A DNA stretch of 27,161 bases, from positions 69,021 through 96,181 of IMG/VR virus record IMGVR_UViG_3300036791_000379; one strand, written 5' to 3'. The notes below the pieces were generated by a model, which saw only the letters and a list, made by a program, of their open reading frames with translations, did not search any database and was not told the DNA's origin. This DNA comes from a virus. Position 1 is the first letter of the stretch; the number at the start of each line of letters is the position of its first letter. Both the position numbers and the translations under genes were made by a program. Positions 16,701-22,787 of the stretch are shown in pieces.

Positions 16701-17324
16701 ATGGGTTGGTTATTTTTTCACAAGCCAAAAGGCAAGAAGGCCGTCGATACGATCAAGGACGGCTGCGGAGCCGAGTGGCTCGAAAAGCATTTCGTCGCCG
16801 CGACCGCGACCCGCGAGGCAGTGTTCATGGTCGCCAAGTTTCACGAGCCCGACAGCAAGGTCTACGTCCCGGACGCGGACGGCATGATCCGCGTGCTGCT
16901 GGTCTACGCGATCAAGAGCGTGCCGAAGGCGAGCGACGGTTACAATTTCGGCTACAAGGACATGGAAGAGACCATGGGTCCTTACGGCTGCCCGGCTCCG
17001 ATGTCGATCATCGCCCAGTGCTCCGAGCTGCAGGACCCGATTGGTCCGCCGCCTGAGTGGTCGAGCCTGCAGTCCGCGCGCAACTATCGCGCCCAGTCCG
17101 CCAAGGCGGCCGAGCTGAAGGCGATCAAGCGGAAGCTGAAGCCCGGCCACAAGGTGACGCTGCCCGAGGCTCTCTCGTTCAACGGCATCAAGCAGCAGCG
17201 CTTCACGGTCGAGATTTGCCGCGTGCGCGGACGCAAGGGCATGAGCACGGTTTTCCGTGGCGAGAACGGCGGTCTCTACGGCCTGAGCGCCCGGCAGCTC
17301 GCTGGTGCGACGGTGGAGGCGTGA
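16701..17324 (+). CDS. Hypothetical protein, DUF6927-like
   Basis: ATG 16701 (MGWLF) with AGGAG upstream. 'YNFGYKDMEETMGP' motif and a C-terminal 'LKPG..V.LPEALSF.G' SH3-like part. Confidence 0.72.
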   Translation: MGWLFFHKPKGKKAVDTIKDGCGAEWLEKHFVAATATREAVFMVAKFHEPDSKVYVPDADGMIRVLLVYAIKSVPKASDGYNFGYKDMEETMGPYGCPAPMSIIAQCSELQDPIGPPPEWSSLQSARNYRAQSAKAAELKAIKRKLKPGHKVTLPEALSFNGIKQQRFTVEICRVRGRKGMSTVFRGENGGLYGLSARQLAGATVEA

Positions 17325-17551
17325 TGAACGATCTCTACCAGTGGCAACCACATCGCGCGTCACCGTACCTCGTGCTGCAGGGTCACGCTGATGCGGTGGT
17401 CCGCACGGTGAAGAGCCCGAATGGCCAGCACCTCTGGCAGTACGGCAAGCGCTACGGCTATGCCGCGACCATCGAGGCGGCCAAGGCGTGGGTTGAGGCC
17501 CTCGCCGATCACTACAGCATCGAGCCGTCGAAGCGCTGGATGAAGCTGTAA
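17324..17551 (+). CDS. Hypothetical protein (75 aa)
   Basis: TGATG coupling with GGAGG SD; MNDLYQWQPH...TIEAAKAWVE. Confidence 0.7.
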   Translation: MNDLYQWQPHRASPYLVLQGHADAVVRTVKSPNGQHLWQYGKRYGYAATIEAAKAWVEALADHYSIEPSKRWMKL

Positions 17552-17561
17552 AGGAGCAAAG

Positions 17562-17900
17562 ATGCCAAAACGCAAACCCAAACCTCAACCCGACATTCGC
17601 CCTGTCAATTTTCTCGCCGTCGCGGACGATCTCGGCCTGACCGTCGTCAGCTACCTGCACGAGTCGATCGAATGCAACGATGGTGTCAGTCGCTGGCTGC
17701 CGCGCGACCTGATCGGCCGCGATGGCAAGTCGCTGATCGTGTTCCGCAGCGCAGACCGCGAATACTCGATCAATGGCTGGTGCCCGTGGCATGACGGCAT
17801 GTTCGGCGGGCGCTGCCAAACCATATCGTCGGCCCTGCACTGGATCAAAACCGCCAAAGGCGTTCGCGCCGGCACCATCGCCGATTTCCGGGGCGCGTGA
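17562..17900 (+). CDS. Hypothetical protein (112 aa)
   Basis: AAGGAG SD; ends just before P3. Confidence 0.72.
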   Translation: MPKRKPKPQPDIRPVNFLAVADDLGLTVVSYLHESIECNDGVSRWLPRDLIGRDGKSLIVFRSADREYSINGWCPWHDGMFGGRCQTISSALHWIKTAKGVRAGTIADFRGA

Positions 17901-17907
17901 ATTTATC

Positions 17908-17947
17908 GATGCGACCCCTTGACGTATACGACGCCTGATCGTATATC
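17908..17947 (+). promoter_or_regulatory. sigma70-type promoter P3 with palindromic operator
   Basis: CGACCCCTTGACGTATACG again. TTGACG 17919-17924, 17 bp, TATATC 17942-17947; TATACG-N9-CGTATA at 17925-17945. Confidence 0.85.
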
Positions 17948-17973
17948 AAGGACGAAGGAAAGACGGAAACGAC

Positions 17974-18240
17974 ATGCACGACGAACACGATCATCTCGCC
18001 ACCCCGGCCGAAGCGGTTGACGAATATGCCCGCAACATGGGCGGCGAATATCCGGATCGCGCGTGGCTGCTGCACGACTGGGACGTCTGGGTGAAGAACC
18101 CCCACTACGTCGGACCGCCGGTCCCACACCCGGAAACATACGAACCAGACGACGAGGACGCCGAAAATCTCGCAGTCGAGATGAGCGACAAGCTGGCTCG
18201 CCGCACCGCCAACCCCGGCGACGACGACATCCCGTTTTGA
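17974..18240 (+). CDS. Acidic hypothetical protein with C-terminal DDDIPF tail
   Basis: First gene after P3. Core 'AWLLHDWDVWVKNPHYVGPPVPHPE'; ends 'PGDDDIPF'. Confidence 0.78.
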   Translation: MHDEHDHLATPAEAVDEYARNMGGEYPDRAWLLHDWDVWVKNPHYVGPPVPHPETYEPDDEDAENLAVEMSDKLARRTANPGDDDIPF

Positions 18241-18251
18241 GAGGACATCAA

Positions 18252-18581
18252 ATGATCAAGCACTGGCACGACGTGAACCCGTGGCGCGACCAGATCACCT
18301 ACGTGCCGATTGAGCGGCTCGCCGAGTGCGCTGCCGGCGGCACCATCGCTCTCGGCATCGGCGGCGAGGTCGTGCCGTTCGATGTGCCGTTCATCCTTGA
18401 GCACTGGGCGTCCTGCGGCCGAGACAAGCTCGACGCCTACATTCTGCCGCAGCCTCACGGCCGGCACAGCATCGGCGTGCGCTACGGCGCGGAGGGCAGC
18501 GAATACTTCTCGCCGCACAACGCCAACCCGGAAAAGACAGCGGCCCTGCTGGCCGAGTTCACGAGAAAGGAAAACGATTGA
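18252..18581 (+). CDS. Hypothetical protein (109 aa)
   Basis: True start is ATG 18252 after GAGGA (MIKHWHDVNPW...); contains 'HSIGVRYGAEGSEYFSP'. Confidence 0.72.
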   Translation: MIKHWHDVNPWRDQITYVPIERLAECAAGGTIALGIGGEVVPFDVPFILEHWASCGRDKLDAYILPQPHGRHSIGVRYGAEGSEYFSPHNANPEKTAALLAEFTRKEND

Positions 18582-18781
18582 CCGAGCCGAAACCACTGAC
18601 CCGCGAGCGGAAGCTCGCGCTGATCTGGAAGCACTGCCATCGCGACTACAAGGGCAAGATCGACGGTGTCCGCACCATCATGACTTACCGCAACGGCACC
18701 TGCCTCGTCCCTCTCGATAATCTGACCGACGCCGAGATCGAGGACAAGCTGCCGAAACAGTACAAACAAACAAAGGAGTAA
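18578..18781 (+). CDS. Hypothetical protein (67 aa)
   Basis: TTG start overlapping the previous TGA with AAGGA SD; 'IWKHCHRDYKG.IDG.RTIM.YR.GTCLV.L..LTD.E'. Confidence 0.7.
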   Translation: MTEPKPLTRERKLALIWKHCHRDYKGKIDGVRTIMTYRNGTCLVPLDNLTDAEIEDKLPKQYKQTKE

Positions 18782-18791
18782 AAATATCACG

Positions 18792-19124
18792 ATGAAACGA
18801 TCCCTACTACTTGGTGCCGCCATCAGCGTCGCTGCAGCGTCACCGGCATTCGCCAGCAGCGGCGGCGACGGGAACATCTTCCCCGGCCTGATCATGCTCG
18901 GCATCATGCTCGGTGCTTACTTCCTGCCGACAATCCTCGCCGCAATTCGCGAGCATCCAAACGTCGTCGCGATCGGACTGCTGAACCTGTTGGTCGGCTG
19001 GACCGGCATCGGTTGGCTCGCCGCGCTTATTTGGTCGGTGATCAGCTTGGCCTCGCGCGAGCGCGTGATCTACATCGAGAACAACAATCGGCAGTCTCCG
19101 CCGCCGCTACCACCGCAGTTCTGA
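18792..19124 (+). CDS. Superinfection immunity protein (T4 Imm-like) with N-terminal signal-like peptide
   Basis: 'YFLPTILA..R.HPN..AI.LLNLL.GWT.IGW..ALIWS' is the Imm_superinfect signature; AAGGAG SD. Confidence 0.88.
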   Translation: MKRSLLLGAAISVAAASPAFASSGGDGNIFPGLIMLGIMLGAYFLPTILAAIREHPNVVAIGLLNLLVGWTGIGWLAALIWSVISLASRERVIYIENNNRQSPPPLPPQF

Positions 19125-19300
19125 TGATCGCACGAACCTACTGCTGCCGTGCGCTGTTGCACTCGCAGATCGCAAGACTCGACCTTAAGCTCAAGGGCCT
19201 CACAATGGACTGTCGTCGCCTCGCCAGAGCACGCGGCGAAGTCGAGACCGTCAGGCGACAGGTCGAGGCCATCGACAACGAAAGTCATCAGGAGGCATGA
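19124..19300 (+). CDS. Hypothetical coiled-coil protein (58 aa)
   Basis: TGATG coupling (MIARTYCCRALLHSQIARLDLKL...). Fills the gap in the operon. Confidence 0.5.
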   Translation: MIARTYCCRALLHSQIARLDLKLKGLTMDCRRLARARGEVETVRRQVEAIDNESHQEA

Positions 19301-19327
19301 TCAGTCAGAGTTTTAAGGAGTCCCAAC

Positions 19328-19537
19328 ATGAGCGAACAGCCGAAGTACGGCGCATTTGAAAGCAACCCGGCGCGCTTCACCGACACCGAAGCGTGGGTCT
19401 ATCAGCACGACGACGTCTGGCGGCAGATGAATGCCGGCGAGGTCCTGCACCACGCCGCCGTGCTCACTGAAGCTGAATATCAGCGCGCCTTTCCGAACTT
19501 GCCTAACCTGCCGAAGAGCGCTTTCGCCAGCTCGTAA
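19328..19537 (+). CDS. Small protein convergently overlapping the RelA/SpoT-like domain; candidate immunity/antitoxin
   Basis: TAAGGAG SD, 69 aa, 58-bp 3' overlap (19480-19537) with the minus-strand gene. Function inferred from position only. Confidence 0.7.
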   Translation: MSEQPKYGAFESNPARFTDTEAWVYQHDDVWRQMNAGEVLHHAAVLTEAEYQRAFPNLPNLPKSAFASS

Positions 19538-21201
19538 GCGACCTTCCTCCAGTCGGCTGGCATCGCGTCGAGCGCCTTGCCGTACAGCTCGCGCTGCTTC
19601 GCGACGGCGTCGGCATACTTGGCCGGATCGGGCTTGACGCCGGTCGGCGCGCTCTCCCGCGAAACCTTGTAGAGGTCGTGGCCACCGCCGCCGTCCGGCG
19701 ACTTCGCGTCCGCCATCTTCGGGTGCATCATTTGGATTTCGGCGATGATGCCGTTCGGCAGCCGCACGTTGGCGGAACGGTCGGCGTAGTTTTCGGCCGT
19801 CATCTTGAACGGCTCGGCCGCCACCTCGAAATGCTTGCCCAGCTCGGCGATGAGCTGGTCGGTCTGCTCCGGCTTGTCGACCAAGAACGTCGCGCGCGCG
19901 GTGTCGGTCACCGATGCGAGATTGCCGCCGCGCTCGACCGCCTTGTCCTGCACGCGCTTGACACCGCTCTCGCTCTTGGTCTTCGGTCCGGGGTCCTTGA
20001 AGGTCAGCCCGAGCTTGGTGCCGATCTGCCGGCCGACGTCGCCGAGCGCCTTCTGGCCTTCGGCCGCGAGCCGCTTGACGTCATCGATGGTTTTGACCGG
20101 GGATTTTGCGATGAAGTCGTTCTTGACGGCTTTGGCGTGCTCGATCTTGCCGTCCTGCGGGGTCTTGACGCCGGGAGCGTAGCCGGCAACCGGGGCGCTG
20201 TCGGAGCCGCCGCCATCGGTCCAGCGGCCCTGATCGTCGCGCGGTTCGTCTTCGCTGAACTTGGCTAGAGGTCGCCGATGGCCCGCGCCTGATCGAGCGC
20301 CAGATTGATTTCCTGCTCGGTCAGCGGACGGCCCTTGCTCTTTTCCAGATAGTCGACGATCTGCTTTTCCGCCGGCAGCAAGCCGGCTTTCCGCTTTTGC
20401 GGCATCGTAATCGTCTGCGTAGTGCTTGCTTGGCTCATTAACTATCCAGTTGTCCTTTGACGATTTCGCGCGCTCGATTGCGGCCTTCGCGTCATCGTTT
20501 AGATAGCCCTTCCAAGCCATAAAGACAACATCAGGTCGGCCGTGCTTTTCAATATCCCAGCCGTGCGCAAACTCCGGATTGAACTTGATGCGCCCGGTTT
20601 CTTCAAAGCCGAACTGGCGATAATAGCCGGGCAGATGGCCGTCATAGCAATCGAGCGTGCGCGCGCCCTTGCCGATCGCCTCGCCGACAAGGTCCGCCGC
20701 GATTCCCTTTGGCCCGCCGTTGTTGAACAGGTTCTGCAGATCGCCCTTCGGATCGATGGCGACGCCGGCCGTCTTGTCCTTGGTGACGAGCAGTGTGTGG
20801 TCCGACAGATCGTCCGGCTTCAGCGGCGACAGGAATTGTGGACGTGTGGTCTTGTCGCGCGCCGCGATGAATGATTCCGGTGATGTCGAGACGAGTCCGG
20901 CAGGCGACTCGCCGTCGCCCGATCCGCCATCGCCTCCGCCGCCATCGGTCCACTGCCCTTGATCATCGCGCGGCTCGTCTTCGTCGAAGCGATGCAGAAA
21001 GCGCTTGGTCGAGGCCTTCGCGGCCGGCGGCGCATGCAGCGCGGCGATCTCGGCGTCCGTCAATCCGATCTCTCTGGCGACGCTGTCGCTGATCCTCTGC
21101 GCCGCCGCGTCGTCACCGTCGTCGAGGATCGCGTCGTGAATCTTCGCGTCCCGCAACCGATGATCCTCGATGTAAAACAGATCGCGCTCCAACATCGCCA
21201 T
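19480..21201 (-). CDS. Polyvalent-type protein: small N-terminal domain, tag 1, GNAT-like domain, linker, tag 2, RelA/SpoT (small alarmone synthetase)-like domain
   Basis: GNAT-like: 'GDLQNLFNNGGPKGIAADLV..AI.KGA.TLDCYD..L..YY..FGF.E.GR'. SAS-like: 'PKTKSESGVKRVQDK', 'VTDTARATF', 'NYADRSANV.L.NG..AEIQM', 'GHDLYK'. Confidence 0.78.
   Translation of the reverse strand: MAMLERDLFYIEDHRLRDAKIHDAILDDGDDAAAQRISDSVAREIGLTDAEIAALHAPPAAKASTKRFLHRFDEDEPRDDQGQWTDGGGGDGGSGDGESPAGLVSTSPESFIAARDKTTRPQFLSPLKPDDLSDHTLLVTKDKTAGVAIDPKGDLQNLFNNGGPKGIAADLVGEAIGKGARTLDCYDGHLPGYYRQFGFEETGRIKFNPEFAHGWDIEKHGRPDVVFMAWKGYLNDDAKAAIERAKSSKDNWIVNEPSKHYADDYDAAKAESRLAAGGKADRRLSGKEQGPSADRAGNQSGARSGAGHRRPLAKFSEDEPRDDQGRWTDGGGSDSAPVAGYAPGVKTPQDGKIEHAKAVKNDFIAKSPVKTIDDVKRLAAEGQKALGDVGRQIGTKLGLTFKDPGPKTKSESGVKRVQDKAVERGGNLASVTDTARATFLVDKPEQTDQLIAELGKHFEVAAEPFKMTAENYADRSANVRLPNGIIAEIQMMHPKMADAKSPDGGGGHDLYKVSRESAPTGVKPDPAKYADAVAKQRELYGKALDAMPADWRKVAYELAKALFGRLGKFGKAR
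20265..20438 (-). CDS. Nested out-of-frame small gene (46 aa from ATG 20405 or 57 aa from ATG 20438); candidate antitoxin of the GNAT domain
   Basis: (MSQASTTQTIT)MPQKRKAGLLPAEKQIVDYLEKSKGRPLTEQEINLALDQARAIGDL-TAG(20265-20267). Helical and amphipathic with GC3-rich codons, while the host frame over the same bases is a low-information R/G/S/A linker. Confidence 0.72.
   Translation of the reverse strand: MSQASTTQTITMPQKRKAGLLPAEKQIVDYLEKSKGRPLTEQEINLALDQARAIGDL
20500..20528 (-). promoter_or_regulatory. Candidate internal sigma70 promoter embedded in the GNAT coding sequence
   Basis: Minus strand TTGTCT (20528-20523), 17 bp, TATCTA (20505-20500). The local host-frame codons are A/T-ending (GAT GTT GTC TTT ATG GCT TGG AAG GGC TAT CTA), unlike most of the gene. 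Confidence 0.6.
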
Positions 21202-21325
21202 GACCTGCTCTCACCGTTGAGTGACTGCCATTCGTCCCCTGCTCCAGCTTCCGCGAACGGCGCTCGACCTTGCTTCTCCAGCGCGCCACCATGCGCGCAA
21301 CGCCATCGCAAAACCGGCAAGTCAC
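21113..21325 (-). CDS. Possible small basic protein (CxxC N-terminus)
   Basis: GTGA coupling to the HNH stop; MTCRFCDGVARMVARWR.... The C-terminal half overlaps the next gene and looks like junk. Confidence 0.35.
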   Translation of the reverse strand: MTCRFCDGVARMVARWRSKVERRSRKLEQGTNGSHSTVRAGHGDVGARSVLHRGSSVAGREDSRRDPRRR

Positions 21326-21651
21326 CGTCGACCCGCCCGGTTCGCCGGATGTCGCGGATCGGTCGGCCAGCCGTCGTCGTCGATGTCCTGCGTATAGCCG
21401 TGCATGTCGATGCGTCGCTTGTGGATGTCGTGGCAGTCGAAGCAGAGCGACTGCAGCGCGCCCATCACGAATTTATTCCAGTCGCCATTGTGCGGCTCGA
21501 CGTGGTCGGCGACGCGCGCCACCGTGACAATGCCGCGCTCCGCGCAGAACTTGCACAGCGGATGGGCGTTGAGCTGCAGCCGGCGGCGGCGCTTCCAGAA
21601 CCCGGTGTCGTAGAAGTGTTGCCACTGGGTCCGGGTCGAGCTTTCGTCCAT
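21322..21651 (-). CDS. Packaging-type HNH endonuclease (HK97 gp74-like)
   Basis: True start is ATG 21651 (TGATG coupling). 'W...R..QL..HPLCKFC...G....A.VADHVEPHNGD......LQSLC..CH...K'. Confidence 0.9.
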   Translation of the reverse strand: MDESSTRTQWQHFYDTGFWKRRRRLQLNAHPLCKFCAERGIVTVARVADHVEPHNGDWNKFVMGALQSLCFDCHDIHKRRIDMHGYTQDIDDDGWPTDPRHPANRAGRR

Positions 21652-22787
21652 CAGGCGACGAACTCCCAGTCGACCTCGCCCATGCCGTCGATGCCGATCG
21701 CGCTGGCGAGCGCGGGTGACAGGTCGATGCCCGCGCCGTTGGTCTCGCGTCCGCTCATGTCGGTGCCGCTCTCGGCCTGCGGTCGCGTGCCGTTGCTCCA
21801 GTACGGATCGTCGGTGTTCCACGGCCCGACATCCTCGATCGTGGCCGTCGCCGATTTCCCGGTCGCGCGATTGTAGACGCGGACCTGCGGTCGCTCGCCC
21901 TCGATGCGGTCCGGCAATGCGATGTAGAGATCGGTGTCGTTGAGCACCTTGTCCGGATCATAGGCGCTGGTGTTGTAGTCGCCCTCGCCGCCGAACACGC
22001 TGGCGATGATGCCGCACTGGTTTGGCGGAATGCTCGGCGCGTTGTGAAAGTCCTGTCCGTTGATCGACAACGTGACGTCGCCATGCATGGCGATCTGCAG
22101 GGTGACGACGTTGCGGCAGCGCGGGCCGCCCGTGACGCGCTGTCCGTTGATGATGATGGTGACGTCGCCTTCGACCGCGCCGAGAATGTCGACCCGGTTG
22201 TCGCCGGTCAGATCGGGCGGCGGCTCCGGCTCCGGCCGCTCCGGCCTTTCGGGCGGGGCCTCGACCTCGCGTCCGGAGATCGCATCGGCGATCGCGGCGC
22301 AGATCGCGTCGAAGTTCGCGCGATACAGATCGGCATCGGCGGCGGAGTCGACGAAGCAGGTCTCGATCAGGATCGCCGGCTCTTCCGTGCTGTTGAGGAA
22401 GAACAGGTCGTCGCGATATTTCTCGCCGCGTTCGATGAAGTCGCCGGCCTCGACGATGGCGCTGCAAACCTCTTCGGCCAGCTCGGCCTGCGTGACGTAG
22501 AGCACCTCGCAGCCCATCGGCTTGGTCGTGGTCTCGTAGGCGTTGAAGTGGACGCTGACATCGAGATCGCGCTGCTGCGCGTTGTGAAAATTCACGATGG
22601 TGTTGAGGTTCTCGTTCTGCGACGTCGAGGTGTCGTCGTGGAACGTCTCGACCGCGACGCCGCGCCTGCGCAGCTCGTCGGCCACCTCCTCGACCACCCG
22701 GCGCGCTTCATCGACCTCGTCGAGATAGCCGCTCGCGCCGCGAACATACTTGCCGTGGCCGGATGAAATCACGACGTCCATGGTCAT
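21651..22787 (-). CDS. Endolysin: N-acetylmuramoyl-L-alanine amidase (Amidase_3) plus C-terminal RlpA-like double-psi beta-barrel domain
   Basis: Zn-amidase motifs 'ISSGHG...GASG..DE', 'SVHFNA', 'G.EV.Y', 'PAILIETCFVDS'. Pro-rich linker, then 'ASVFGG', 'ALP', 'VRV.N..TG......EDVGPW', 'IDLSPA.A..IG..G...V.WEF'. Confidence 0.88.
   Translation of the reverse strand: MTMDVVISSGHGKYVRGASGYLDEVDEARRVVEEVADELRRRGVAVETFHDDTSTSQNENLNTIVNFHNAQQRDLDVSVHFNAYETTTKPMGCEVLYVTQAELAEEVCSAIVEAGDFIERGEKYRDDLFFLNSTEEPAILIETCFVDSAADADLYRANFDAICAAIADAISGREVEAPPERPERPEPEPPPDLTGDNRVDILGAVEGDVTIIINGQRVTGGPRCRNVVTLQIAMHGDVTLSINGQDFHNAPSIPPNQCGIIASVFGGEGDYNTSAYDPDKVLNDTDLYIALPDRIEGERPQVRVYNRATGKSATATIEDVGPWNTDDPYWSNGTRPQAESGTDMSGRETNGAGIDLSPALASAIGIDGMGEVDWEFVA

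Larger units (their letters stand above)
20207..20988 (-). repeat. Two 53-bp direct repeats (20207-20259 and 20936-20988) encoding F(D/S)EDEPRDDQG(Q/R)WTDGGG; diverged third copy at about 14703-14776
   Basis: ccgccgccatcggtccaGCgGccCtgatcGtcgcgcggTtcgtcttcgCTgaa vs ccgccgccatcggtccaCTgCccTtgatcAtcgcgcggCtcgtcttcgTCgaa. Confidence 0.9.

Noticed and set aside
14872-17947. Repeated 19-mer considered as a CRISPR repeat or att/IS end
   Set aside because: Copies are 1.2-1.9 kb apart, each is intergenic before an SD and ATG, and each fits -35/17/-10 spacing. No cas, integrase or transposase gene is present.
15932-18907. Minus-strand ORFs across the island (e.g. 16710..17840, 15932..16444, 18105..18596)
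   Set aside because: The plus-strand genes have SDs, coupling overlaps and promoters; the minus-strand ORFs are shadows.
20265-21201. Faint similarity between the nested peptide (QIVDYLEKSKGRPLTEQEI) and the polyprotein N-terminus (RISDSVAREIGLTDAEI)
   Set aside because: LTxxE is a generic helix N-cap that also appears in 18578..18781 and 19328..19537. The match is too short to claim homology without a profile comparison.
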